From Chlamydiales bacterium (GTDB lineage Bacteria; Chlamydiota; Chlamydiia; Chlamydiales; SM23-39), in assembly GCA_965261025.1 (NCBI GenBank), contig OZ253438.1, positions 240,001 through 272,000 of the forward strand: DNA of 32,000 bases, in the 5' to 3' direction. Below the pieces are notes generated by a model that saw only the letters and a program-made list of their open reading frames with translations, did not search any database and was not told the origin of the DNA. Of the stretch, positions 15,074 to 24,002 are shown piece after piece. The position numbers were made by a program, and so were the translations under genes. Each line of letters starts with the position of its first letter. Position 1 is the first letter of the stretch.

Positions 15074-16145
15074 ATTGCCTTATAAGCTGGAGTAGGTTTA
15101 GGAGCTCTTTCCTTGAATTAAATGAATGGAGAGTTAGTCGGATATTTTCTTTTCCTCTTTGCACTGTTGGACTCAAAAGAGCTCGAACGTCAAATCCTTC
15201 TTTCATAATAGCTGAAACAAGCGCTAGAGCTTCTTGGTTATTTCGCACAAAAATGGGCTGAATGGCAGTAGAAGAACGGTTTGAAAGCTGAATTAGATCT
15301 TGCAAATGCACTCTTTCTGCCTCTAATTGAGGAAAGAGAGTATAACTACATTTAATAGCCGCTAAAGAGGAAAAAGGAAGGGCTGTTGTATAGATGAATG
15401 ATTTAGCAAAGTTGATAAGTGTTTCTTTTAAATGGGGATCACCCAATATAGCAGCTCCAAAGACGCCAAGCGCTTTGCCAAAGGTTACAGTTTGGGCAAA
15501 AATTTTCTTATTTAGACCTGCCTTATGAACAAGACCTCTTCCCTGATTTCCACATATCCCAATTGCATGGGCTTCATCAACGATCAAGTGAGCATGATAT
15601 TTTTGGGAGAGATGAAAAATTTCAGCTAAGGGCGCTAAAGATCCATCTGTTGAGTAAATGGATTCAATGCAGATATAAGCTTTTCTCCTTTGGGTAATTT
15701 GTGTGAGTCTATTTTCTAAATGATTTAGATCATTATGTTTAAAAGGAAATGCCTTTGCTTTAGCTAGGCGGATGCCTTCATGGGTCGAAGCATGAATATG
15801 GGCATCAAATAATAAGATATCTTCTTCTTTTGCAATGCAGCTGATTAAACCGATATTGGCCATATAACCACAATTGAAAATTAATCCAGCTTCAAATCCA
15901 TGAAATGCAGCAATCTTTGCTTCAAGTTCTTCCACATAGGTATTATTTCCTGTAAGAAGGCGAGACCCGGTTGAACCCAAATAGTTTAGGGACTCCCATT
16001 CAGAAAGCACGGCTTGTTTTAATTGCAAAGATTTTGCAAGCCCCAAATAGTCGTTGGAAGCAAAATCAATCAGATTTTCTTTAATTTGCAAAGATCGAAA
16101 ATTTCCGATTTGTTTACGTTTTAGTAGAATTTGATTCACAGGCAT
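15066..16145 (-). CDS. bioF: 8-amino-7-oxononanoate synthase
   Basis: 359 aa. 'LIVDEAHAIG' and PLP-Lys 'TFGKALG'. Sits in the bio operon. Confidence 0.9.
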   Translation of the reverse strand: MPVNQILLKRKQIGNFRSLQIKENLIDFASNDYLGLAKSLQLKQAVLSEWESLNYLGSTGSRLLTGNNTYVEELEAKIAAFHGFEAGLIFNCGYMANIGLISCIAKEEDILLFDAHIHASTHEGIRLAKAKAFPFKHNDLNHLENRLTQITQRRKAYICIESIYSTDGSLAPLAEIFHLSQKYHAHLIVDEAHAIGICGNQGRGLVHKAGLNKKIFAQTVTFGKALGVFGAAILGDPHLKETLINFAKSFIYTTALPFSSLAAIKCSYTLFPQLEAERVHLQDLIQLSNRSSTAIQPIFVRNNQEALALVSAIMKEGFDVRALLSPTVQRGKENIRLTLHSFNSRKELLNLLQLIRQYG

Positions 16146-17094
16146 AGCTCTTACGCTTTTTCAGTCCTAATAAGTTAAACATTTCTTCATCTGAGTCATT
16201 CGATGTATTTCCTACAGTGAGTAGTTTCTCACCGGCAAAAATAGAATTGGCCCCGGATAAGAAACAAAGTGTTTGCTCTTGGTATGATAACTCAATGCGT
16301 CCCGCAGAAAGACGGATCATTGATTTAGGCATAAGGATTCTAGCGATAGCAACCATCCGGATAAATTCCCAAGAGGAGAGTTTTGGTTGATTTGCTAAAG
16401 GAGTTCCTGGAATGGGGCTCAATTGATTGATAGGAACAGATTCTGGGTGAGGATTTCTATGAGATAAAGCTAAAAGAAGTTCTAGTCGATCTTCTTTTGT
16501 TTCTCCCATGCCCATAATGCCTCCACAGCAAACACTTATTCCTGATTTCTCAACAATATCAAGTGTATTAATACGATCTTGATAGGAGCGTGTGGTAATA
16601 ATTGTTTTATAAAAACGCTCTGAGGAGTCTAAGTTATGGTTATAAGCATAAAGTCCTGCTTGTTTTAATTTTTCTGCTTGAAGCTTACTTAAAAGGCCAA
16701 GTGTGCAACAAACTTCTACTCCTAAATTGGCTATCCCTTTAACCATGCGCAAAGTCTCATCAAACTGCTTACTATTTCGAACATTTCTCCAAGCGGCTCC
16801 AAGACATATTCTTGTTGCCCCTTTTATACTTGCTTTTTTGGCCGCAGCCATAACTTCTTCATATTGCATCATGGGCTGAGCTTTGACATTTGTTTGATAG
16901 TGAGAAGATTGAGCGCAGTATTTACAATCTTCTGAGCAACCTCCTGTTTTAATTGAGATCAAATGGCAAACTTGGATTTCTCCCATCTTGTGGTGCATTT
17001 TGTGAATTTTCATCGCCTCTACGATCAATTCCAAAAGAGGCTTCGAATAGAGAATTTGTAACTCCTGAAAGGTCCAGTCCGATCGAATGGTCAT
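16114..17094 (-). CDS. bioB: Biotin synthase (radical SAM)
   Basis: 326 aa. 'GGCSEDCKYCAQS' CX3CX2C motif. First gene of the operon. Confidence 0.95.
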   Translation of the reverse strand: MTIRSDWTFQELQILYSKPLLELIVEAMKIHKMHHKMGEIQVCHLISIKTGGCSEDCKYCAQSSHYQTNVKAQPMMQYEEVMAAAKKASIKGATRICLGAAWRNVRNSKQFDETLRMVKGIANLGVEVCCTLGLLSKLQAEKLKQAGLYAYNHNLDSSERFYKTIITTRSYQDRINTLDIVEKSGISVCCGGIMGMGETKEDRLELLLALSHRNPHPESVPINQLSPIPGTPLANQPKLSSWEFIRMVAIARILMPKSMIRLSAGRIELSYQEQTLCFLSGANSIFAGEKLLTVGNTSNDSDEEMFNLLGLKKRKSYACESNSTKT

Positions 17095-17158
17095 ATTTAC
17101 CTCATTATTACGGACAAGTTTAGGAAGTATCTAGTTCTGATTGCAACTGGAAGTTTGG

Positions 17159-17187
17159 TTATGTAAACCAAAAATAGGTTTACATAA
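17159..17187. promoter_or_regulatory. Perfect inverted repeat TTATGTAAACC-N7-GGTTTACATAA in the bioB / wHTH-gene divergent intergenic region (operator candidate)
   Basis: Left arm 17159-17169, right arm 17177-17187, exact reverse complements. It lies 65-93 bp upstream of the bioB start. Confidence 0.6.
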
Positions 17188-17277
17188 AACTAAATAAAGT
17201 TTGATAATAGCGGATATTGCTCAATCTGATGAAAACCTAAAAATAGTTAAATTAAACTAAAAAGAGGTTATATTTTT

Positions 17278-18072
17278 ATGTTTGAAGTGTTGTTTGGAAA
17301 TAAAAACATAGAAAAAATTCTTATTTTTCTTTTCGTGAGCGGTAGGTGTTATGGGGCTCAGTTGCAGCGAATTTTCAATACACCCCTTACGCCTCTTCAA
17401 AAAGTTCTTATCCGTCTAGAAAAAGGAGGGCTGATTTCTAGTCAATATGAAGGAAAAACGCGTATTTATCGGTTTAATCAAGGATTTCCTCTGCTGTCTG
17501 ATTTAGAACAGCTGCTTAAAAAAGCCTATACGCTGTTACCCGTTCATGAAAAGAAACTTTATTATATGGGAAATGAAAATCGTGGTTTTTATCGAGATTC
17601 TTCTACGAAAAATCTGAGTACCCTTTTTGAATTTTGGGAAAAACTCTCTTCCGTCAAAAAACTGTCTTTTTTAGCTCACTCTAAGTCCAAAGAAAGCTCT
17701 GGTTGGAATGGACATGGATCAGGGGATGTTATCGTGACAAAAACAAGCCCTAATATTCTTGTTTTTCAGGAAAAGGGTTTTTGGAAGGGAAAAAACAACC
17801 AAGAGGTGAGTTTTACAAATACCTTCCGATGGACCTTAGATCGAGTTACTGGGGTGATTTCGCTAGAACACCTGCGTCATGGTATAGAGAATCCTGTTTT
17901 TCTATTTCATTTAGCTCCTTCGGCAGCGCATTCCTTATCTTCTATTGATTCGCATCTCTGTGATGGAGACTCTTATTTTGGTCAGGCGCATTTTGACCGA
18001 TATAACTTAAAGTTAACTTGGCGTGTCATTGGACCTAAGAAAAATGAAGAGATTGAATACAGCTATCTATAG
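17278..18072 (+). CDS. Winged-HTH N-domain fused to a DUF6314-like beta-rich C-domain; putative transcription factor
   Basis: 264 aa. 'GRCYGAQLQRIFNTPLTPLQKVLIRLEKGGLISSQYEGKTRIYRFN' is wHTH-like. C-terminal 'HLCDGDSYFG...LTWRVIGPKKNEEIEYSY' resembles the DUF6314 signature. Confidence 0.55.
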   Translation: MFEVLFGNKNIEKILIFLFVSGRCYGAQLQRIFNTPLTPLQKVLIRLEKGGLISSQYEGKTRIYRFNQGFPLLSDLEQLLKKAYTLLPVHEKKLYYMGNENRGFYRDSSTKNLSTLFEFWEKLSSVKKLSFLAHSKSKESSGWNGHGSGDVIVTKTSPNILVFQEKGFWKGKNNQEVSFTNTFRWTLDRVTGVISLEHLRHGIENPVFLFHLAPSAAHSLSSIDSHLCDGDSYFGQAHFDRYNLKLTWRVIGPKKNEEIEYSYL

Positions 18073-18457
18073 CAGTCTTTTTTATGTTTCATTTCCCACA
18101 AATCTTTAAAATCTTTACCTTGTATATCGACTCCGCTAGTCTAAGTGGTCTACGAAGCTCTCTCCCAGTTTCCTAGGTAAAAAAGTGTAGGTTTATCTCT
18201 TTAAAAACTAGTTTTGTTTCTAACGGCTCTCTTACCAATAAATCCGCTACCTCTTTAGAAAAGAGATCTAACAGATAGCCATTTGTGAGAATATGCGTTA
18301 CCGTTAATTCTAAATGGGTTGTTTTGAAGGGTTAAGCAGCTAATCGTAGAACTCCCTAAGACATCCGCTATTTTCTCTACAGAAAAGTCCTTATTAAAGG
18401 GTTGATTGACCATTGACAGAAGCTTTTCTTAGAACTTCTGTGAAGGCTGGGCTATTC

Positions 18458-19114
18458 CTAGGAAAGAGCTTCCAGTTTGTCTATGTCTAAGTGGCAGATT
18501 AGCTGTAAATTGCTATTTATTTTTTCAATATTCCAGTTCCACCAAGCAATTTTCTGCAAACGATCAATGGTTTTATCATCGAACCTCATTTTCACAACTT
18601 TTGCAGGGTTTCCAGCAACAATCGAATAAGGGGGAACATCTTTTACTACGACAGATCTAGCCGCTATAATAGCTCCATTTCCTATCTTGACTCCATTCAT
18701 CACCAAAGAATCATATCCAAACCAAACATCGTTTTCCACGATGATATCCCCTTTAACTGGCAAGTCATAGACATTGAAGGCAGACTCCCAACCGTGACCA
18801 AAGATGGGAAAAGGATAGGTGCTAATTGCATCAAGTTTATGATCTCCCGTCATGATAAACTTGGTTTCTGCGGCAATAGCGCAAAATCTCCCTATAACAA
18901 GCTTAACTTTGGAAAAATCGTAGTTGTACAAGACGTTGTATTCTTCAAACTTATCTGGTCCGTACCGACAATCATCAAAATAGCTATAGTCACCAACAAA
19001 AATATTAGAAGCCTTGACGAATTTTTTTAGGAATACAAGCTTATCATAATCTTTAATAGGGTATAGGTTGTCTGGATTTGGGCCTGTCATGCCTCGGAGT
19101 TTATTGAAATTCAA
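18458..19114 (-). CDS. vat: Vat-family streptogramin A O-acetyltransferase-like (hexapeptide-repeat xenobiotic acetyltransferase)
   Basis: Colinear with remembered Vat(A)/Vat(D): 'GPNPDNLYPIK', 'VGDYSYFD', 'IGRFCAIA', 'STYPF', 'VENDVWFG', 'GNGAIIAARSVVVKDVPPYSIVAGNPAKVVKMRF', 'WWNW'. TTG start at 19114; alternative ATG at 19090. Confidence 0.85.
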   Translation of the reverse strand: MNFNKLRGMTGPNPDNLYPIKDYDKLVFLKKFVKASNIFVGDYSYFDDCRYGPDKFEEYNVLYNYDFSKVKLVIGRFCAIAAETKFIMTGDHKLDAISTYPFPIFGHGWESAFNVYDLPVKGDIIVENDVWFGYDSLVMNGVKIGNGAIIAARSVVVKDVPPYSIVAGNPAKVVKMRFDDKTIDRLQKIAWWNWNIEKINSNLQLICHLDIDKLEALS

Positions 19115-19117
19115 GCA

Positions 19118-19417
19118 TTAAATCAAGAATCCCTGCGTATAAAGGTTGGTTTTAGTAGGAAGATTATGAATATAAAGGTCTTTGTATACAGGGGAGTGAT
19201 TAATAATGGAGGGCTTCCCAATAATATGTATATCCAAAGCATTATCTAGATTTTGCCGATCAGCTATGGCTGAGTCACTGGGTAGTTTATTGGTATTGAT
19301 ACGCTTAAACACAGGAGTTCTTAAGAGCCTATACGATTTTAACATCGAAATACCATGATTGCCTAACGAGTCAAGGAAACTTGCACTAGCCAATTGAAAG
19401 GCTGAAGGGTCAGACAA
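19118..19417 (-). CDS. Hypothetical 99-aa ORF (TTG start), possibly a gene remnant
   Basis: Only evidence is the open frame ending 3 nt before the vat start. No recognisable motif. Confidence 0.2.
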   Translation of the reverse strand: MSDPSAFQLASASFLDSLGNHGISMLKSYRLLRTPVFKRINTNKLPSDSAIADRQNLDNALDIHIIGKPSIINHSPVYKDLYIHNLPTKTNLYTQGFLI

Positions 19418-19642
19418 GTTTTAGTATCCACTAAAAGAAGGTGAAGATCACACAGTCAAGTTCTATTTTTATAGAGAATTAGTCGATTTTTCTCTTCAGC
19501 GCTATCTTGCTTCAAGTAGAAGCTACTGGTTTTTTCTTAAAAATTATTTTTGAAAAATAAGTATGAAGCTTTTAGGCTGATAACCACTTCTTACCAGGAA
19601 TATCAATTACGCATAGACGAAAGTAGAAAATTGATAAAAATT

Positions 19643-21301
19643 ATGAGACTAGGTTTTTCTATTTGTTCTTATAACCGGCCCTATGAACTGAAGCGTTGTA
19701 TTGACTCCTTATTATTTACTACACAACATTTAAAAAATACGTATTATCTTTTGGTCGATAATTGCTCCCCTCAAATTTCGAAATCACAGCTTGAAAATTA
19801 TCGAAATACTGCTCTTTCTAACCTTAATATAGTAAGGTTTGCGTCTAACAAAGGTATTACAGGTGCATTTAACTTCTCTTGTTATAGCTTATCAAAAAAC
19901 AATTGTGATATTTTTTTTATTATTAACGATGACATTTTTTTTAAAAAACGTGGGTGGGTTGAAGGATATTTGTTAGCACACAAGCAATCGGGTATCCATC
20001 ATTTTAATTTCATGGACGGAAGAAATATTGTTGGAAGGCAGTCTTTTGGTTCAGTTGAAGTCACTTATCATAATTGGGTTAGAGGGTGTCTAGAAGTAAT
20101 TACCAAGGAGTGTTACAAACAAGTAGGCGGTTATCGAAAATGCTTTCATGATTTTGGTTGCATGGATACCGACCTTTCCGATCGGATTATTTTAAATGGA
20201 TTTGCAAGCTCTTATCTGCAAGAACTTTATTCTTATTGTACTACCTCCTCATATAAAGGACATTACAATATGGGTTTTTCTGCAGATATTGAACAAGCTC
20301 GGAATTATATTTTTGATCCTCATCCAAACATGGGGGTAGGGAACCCCAAGTCACAGTATTCGAAGAAAAAGGAGGGTTTTGAGATTTTGAGTTTCGAACG
20401 AGAAAAGAGAACAAATCATCTCCTGGTATTAACATATCATCACATTTTAAATGCAAAAAATTCGAAAGGTTTTCCAAAAGATTTTGGAGTAACTACTGTT
20501 GAATCTTTTAAATCTCAGATTCACACTTTAATTAAAATGGGATACCATTTCTTTTCTCCAAGTCAACTAAATACTCAAAGGCCCTTACCCAGTAAAATAT
20601 GCATTTTATCCTTTGATGATGGCTATCATTCTATTTATCAAAATGCTTATCCGATTCTGAAGAACGAAGGAATTTCAGCCATTTATTTTCTTACTACAGG
20701 TTTTTTGGATCAGCAAGAACTATTTCCTTATCACGAATTTCTTTGGTTCTTAGAAAGCTGCAAAGACAGAAGTATTAAGCTGAGCCTCCTTCCTTCTCAA
20801 TGTAATCAGCTCACAGAAAGGGAACTGCGCCTAAAGTTAAAATGGTTTTTTCGTTTTTCAGCAAATAAACAGCAGCAAAAAGAAATGATTCATTTTTTAA
20901 AAGGTACTTTCGAAAATAACTCTTATCCAGAGCGTTTTTATTTAACTTGGGGACTGGCTTCAAAAATGAGTGATGTCTTTGAATATGGGGCCCATACTGT
21001 CACCCATCCTCAACTAAGCCTTATAAATTCAACAGATATGAAGAAAGAAATCTATAAATCAAAGCAAGAGCTTCAAAAGCGATTAGGCGGGGGAAACTGG
21101 TTTGCTTATCCATATGGATACAGTAGTTCTTTTAATCAAACAAGCATCAACTTTGTAAGGGAAAGTGGTTTTTTAGGTGCTTTTACTACAGAACCTAAAA
21201 AAAATACGCTTCCTATTAAAGAGCCTTTTTTAATAGGTAGGTTCTCTCCGGAGAACCTAGCTGGAGAAGATTTTAAAAAGCGAGTTAAAGAGCTTAGATG
21301 A
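19643..21301 (+). CDS. Fusion protein: GT2 glycosyltransferase (N) + NodB-type polysaccharide deacetylase (C)
   Basis: ATG at 19643 gives 'MRLGFSICSYNRP', a typical GT2 start (track TTG at 19550 is the alternative). 'LLVDNCS' and 'IINDDIFF'. C-domain has 'LSFDDGYHS', 'GAHTVTHP' and 'FAYPYGY' NodB motifs. No TM segment seen. Confidence 0.8.
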   Translation: MRLGFSICSYNRPYELKRCIDSLLFTTQHLKNTYYLLVDNCSPQISKSQLENYRNTALSNLNIVRFASNKGITGAFNFSCYSLSKNNCDIFFIINDDIFFKKRGWVEGYLLAHKQSGIHHFNFMDGRNIVGRQSFGSVEVTYHNWVRGCLEVITKECYKQVGGYRKCFHDFGCMDTDLSDRIILNGFASSYLQELYSYCTTSSYKGHYNMGFSADIEQARNYIFDPHPNMGVGNPKSQYSKKKEGFEILSFEREKRTNHLLVLTYHHILNAKNSKGFPKDFGVTTVESFKSQIHTLIKMGYHFFSPSQLNTQRPLPSKICILSFDDGYHSIYQNAYPILKNEGISAIYFLTTGFLDQQELFPYHEFLWFLESCKDRSIKLSLLPSQCNQLTERELRLKLKWFFRFSANKQQQKEMIHFLKGTFENNSYPERFYLTWGLASKMSDVFEYGAHTVTHPQLSLINSTDMKKEIYKSKQELQKRLGGGNWFAYPYGYSSSFNQTSINFVRESGFLGAFTTEPKKNTLPIKEPFLIGRFSPENLAGEDFKKRVKELR

Positions 21302-22713
21302 ATAAAGAACAAGAATTTGAATCAGTATTAGAATCCTTAAAGATATTGGATATTCAAGAAATAACGCATACGCTCATAAAGAAAAAATTCTCTTCTTTTT
21401 ATCAGTCTTATCAAATCACTTCAGACGATTTAGTTGTTTTTCTTTTGACTTATTTTAAACCAGACATATCTGTATATGATATCCTTAAGCAGACTAGCCT
21501 GAATAAAAATCAGATACTACAAGCTTTCAAAAAAATTAACTCTTGCACCCTTTTCCAAAGGCTTTATCTATCTCATAGAACACATAGAAATTTTTACCGA
21601 AAAATAAACACCTTATTGAAGTCACCAAAAAAACTGTATGAGATGATTCAGGATCAATCTTCAACTCTTCTGGAGCTAGAAGTACATCCTGCTCTATTTT
21701 GTAATTTGCGATGTGTTTTTTGCTACAGTAAAGGGCAGGGAGTTTATAGATATATTCATGAAAAAGGACGTAACCCCCTTACAATCAATCAATGGAAACA
21801 AATTATTGAAGAGGCAAAAGACCTAGGTGTTTCTAAGATTGCCATAAGTGGTGGCTATGAGCCCTTTAAAGCCGGTGAAACATTGGGAATTATTGATCAT
21901 GCCCATAATTTAGAAATACCTATCGAAATCTATACGAATGGAACAATTCCCCTTACTTCAGAAAAACCTGTATGGGATACGCTACAAAAACTGACGGCTA
22001 TTCATCTGAGTTTTCGAGGAACAAATCCAGAAACTCATGCAAAAGTTACAAGATCGACTCCTCAAAGCTATCAAATTTTATTAGAAAATTTCCAAAAACT
22101 GCTAGCCTCGAAAAAGAAGGGGGAACTTGAAGCCAAAATTACGGTTTCTTTCTTTGTGCACAAAGATAATATATCTTCGATTTCAGAGATTATTCAGCTA
22201 GCAGAAGGGGTTGATTCTATCAATTTTTCTAGCGATAATTACGAAGGGTTGAAGCATAGTCTTTCTAAACAACAATTTACGGATCTTCAAAAAGAACTCC
22301 ATTCAGTTCAGCCTTATATTTTAGGATATAAAAAACCTGTTGTAACGTTGAATGATGATTTATGGATGCTTTATCAGAAAGATAAAAACAAGCCCACTAA
22401 TCCGCTAATTCAGAATTATTTATGTTATAATTCTTTCATTAGACCTACGATTAATCCTTTTGGTGATGTTTATAGATGTTGTTTGGTTGCTCAACCAAAT
22501 TTTGATTTAAAACATACAAAACTAGGTACTGTCGATCAAAATCATTCTTTGAAACAAATTCTACAAAGAGCTATTTCCCATCCGCTATACACAAAAAATT
22601 GTATAAAGTGCAATCCTTCAGAAAAAACGGGCTTGATTGTGATGAATAAATTAAAGAATGATATAAAAGCAGGAGTTTTGCCTGAGCATCAACCCTATAG
22701 AGGTTTATTATGA
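21298..22713 (+). CDS. Radical SAM enzyme with Cys-rich (SPASM/twitch-like) C-terminus (rSAM-1)
   Basis: 471 aa. 'EVHPALFCNLRCVFC' (C135/C139/C142; nt 21700-21723) and 'IAISGGYEPF'. C-terminal Cys: 'CYNSF...YRCCLVAQ...CIKCNPSEKTG'. Confidence 0.85.
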   Translation: MNKEQEFESVLESLKILDIQEITHTLIKKKFSSFYQSYQITSDDLVVFLLTYFKPDISVYDILKQTSLNKNQILQAFKKINSCTLFQRLYLSHRTHRNFYRKINTLLKSPKKLYEMIQDQSSTLLELEVHPALFCNLRCVFCYSKGQGVYRYIHEKGRNPLTINQWKQIIEEAKDLGVSKIAISGGYEPFKAGETLGIIDHAHNLEIPIEIYTNGTIPLTSEKPVWDTLQKLTAIHLSFRGTNPETHAKVTRSTPQSYQILLENFQKLLASKKKGELEAKITVSFFVHKDNISSISEIIQLAEGVDSINFSSDNYEGLKHSLSKQQFTDLQKELHSVQPYILGYKKPVVTLNDDLWMLYQKDKNKPTNPLIQNYLCYNSFIRPTINPFGDVYRCCLVAQPNFDLKHTKLGTVDQNHSLKQILQRAISHPLYTKNCIKCNPSEKTGLIVMNKLKNDIKAGVLPEHQPYRGLL

Positions 22714-24002
22714 GAAAAAAGAAAGACCGAATAGCAGGTAAAGTAATTGACTATTCTAACATGCCTGAGAGGATGGGGATAGCTCCTCAGTTGCAAAAGA
22801 GTATCCTAGAGGAAGTAGATTTAGAGTCTGTCCTAGACAACATTGAAAAAGTTTGGCAGGACGGTTTTGATTACAAGGATATGCTAAAGCTATTGCCTTT
22901 TTCAAAAGAAGTTAAGCAAAAAATTGTAGATATGCATTGGCTTCCAGCCAAGGGAGAAAAGAATTTTAACTACATCAAAGAGAATACTCATTCTGGTTTT
23001 CACAAGTTAGTCTTTAAAAGGATTTTAATCCTTCTTCATGCAAAAGCTTTAGGAAATACCCTTCCTAGAAATGAAGATATGTGTGTTGAAATTACCTCTG
23101 CTTGCAATAAAAAGTGTCTTCATTGCTATATGCATGAAAAGAATCTTGGAGAGTTCATGAACACAGAGCTTCTTCATAGTTTAGTTGAATATGCCAATCA
23201 AAACATGCTTTCTTTACAAATGATTGGCGGAGAGCCTATGCTCGATAAAAGACTTGTTCCTCTCATTCGTAAATATCCAACCTTAATTTTTTATGTTGTA
23301 TCAAATGGGGTGCGCTTTTCTGATCGCTTAATCCATTCAATTCGGAATGAGATACATAATTTTCAACCTATCTTAAGTTTAGAAGGGTTTCAATCTTATA
23401 ACGATTCAATTCGGGGGATAGGCAGTTTTAGTAGAACTGTTGATATCATGAAAAAACTCAAAAAGTTAAAGATTCCTTATCAAACTGATACCATTATCAC
23501 TACCAAAAATATTAATTCTGTTCTCTCAGATGATTATATGAATTTCCTAATGGATCATGGTCCTTGGGGAGTTGGACTCTATAAGTATAGACCAGTTGAA
23601 GGGCTGGATCATGGATTATCGCTTTCTAAGAAAGACTTGGATTTATTCGAAGAAAAAATTAATGAATTTCTTCACAAGTATCCTTTTCGGTTTTTTCATG
23701 AAGAACCCATTCACATTGCAAACCGCAGAAAAACAAGGGTATGTAAGGGTCTTTTAACAATCACTGTACATGGCCATGTAAAAATGTGTCCCTCTATTCA
23801 TAAACCCACGCTTACTCTTCAGTGCTTTAATAGAGATGAAGTGGCTAACGTTTTAGACACTTGGTACAACATAGTAGGAGTAAACAGTCCTGGATGTCCT
23901 CTTTTCTTTAATACAGATTCTATTAAAAACTTCTACCAAGCACTTCCGCAATCTCGGAAAACTTGTGTAAACAAGAAAGAATCTTTAACTGTTCTTTCTT
24001 AA
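22710..24002 (+). CDS. Radical SAM enzyme with Cys-containing C-terminal domain (rSAM-2)
   Basis: 430 aa. 'VEITSACNKKCLHCY' (C132/C136/C139) and 'MIGGEPMLD'. C-terminal 'VCKG...VKMCPS...PGCPLF'. Confidence 0.85.
   Translation: MRKKKDRIAGKVIDYSNMPERMGIAPQLQKSILEEVDLESVLDNIEKVWQDGFDYKDMLKLLPFSKEVKQKIVDMHWLPAKGEKNFNYIKENTHSGFHKLVFKRILILLHAKALGNTLPRNEDMCVEITSACNKKCLHCYMHEKNLGEFMNTELLHSLVEYANQNMLSLQMIGGEPMLDKRLVPLIRKYPTLIFYVVSNGVRFSDRLIHSIRNEIHNFQPILSLEGFQSYNDSIRGIGSFSRTVDIMKKLKKLKIPYQTDTIITTKNINSVLSDDYMNFLMDHGPWGVGLYKYRPVEGLDHGLSLSKKDLDLFEEKINEFLHKYPFRFFHEEPIHIANRRKTRVCKGLLTITVHGHVKMCPSIHKPTLTLQCFNRDEVANVLDTWYNIVGVNSPGCPLFFNTDSIKNFYQALPQSRKTCVNKKESLTVLS

Noticed and set aside
14314-15085. Nested ORFs 14314-14544 (minus strand, alternative frame) and 14861-15085 (plus strand, antisense) within bioA/bioD.
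   Set aside because: They overlap well-supported bio genes and have no independent signals. The same applies to 11262-11468, 18794-19030, 20241-20477 and 23557-23757.
17159-17187. Calling the palindrome a canonical BirA operator (bioO).
   Set aside because: The half-sites match the remembered TGTAAACC/GGTTTACA, but the spacer is 7 bp rather than about 15-16 bp. I kept it as an operator candidate with the binding protein unassigned.
19418-19642. Searched for a RiPP precursor gene upstream of the GT2-NodB gene.
   Set aside because: The only ORF is a 5-codon one (MKLLG*, 19563). The 31 residues between the TTG at 19550 and the ATG at 19643 have no Cys/Gly-rich core or leader-like motif. No intergenic space exists anywhere else inside the locus.
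19643-21301. Interpreting the GT2-NodB fusion as a PgaC/PgaB- or IcaA/IcaB-like PNAG synthase-deacetylase.
   Set aside because: No transmembrane segments are visible in the GT2 half, whereas processive PNAG synthases are polytopic. No porin or PgaA/PgaD-like partners are nearby.
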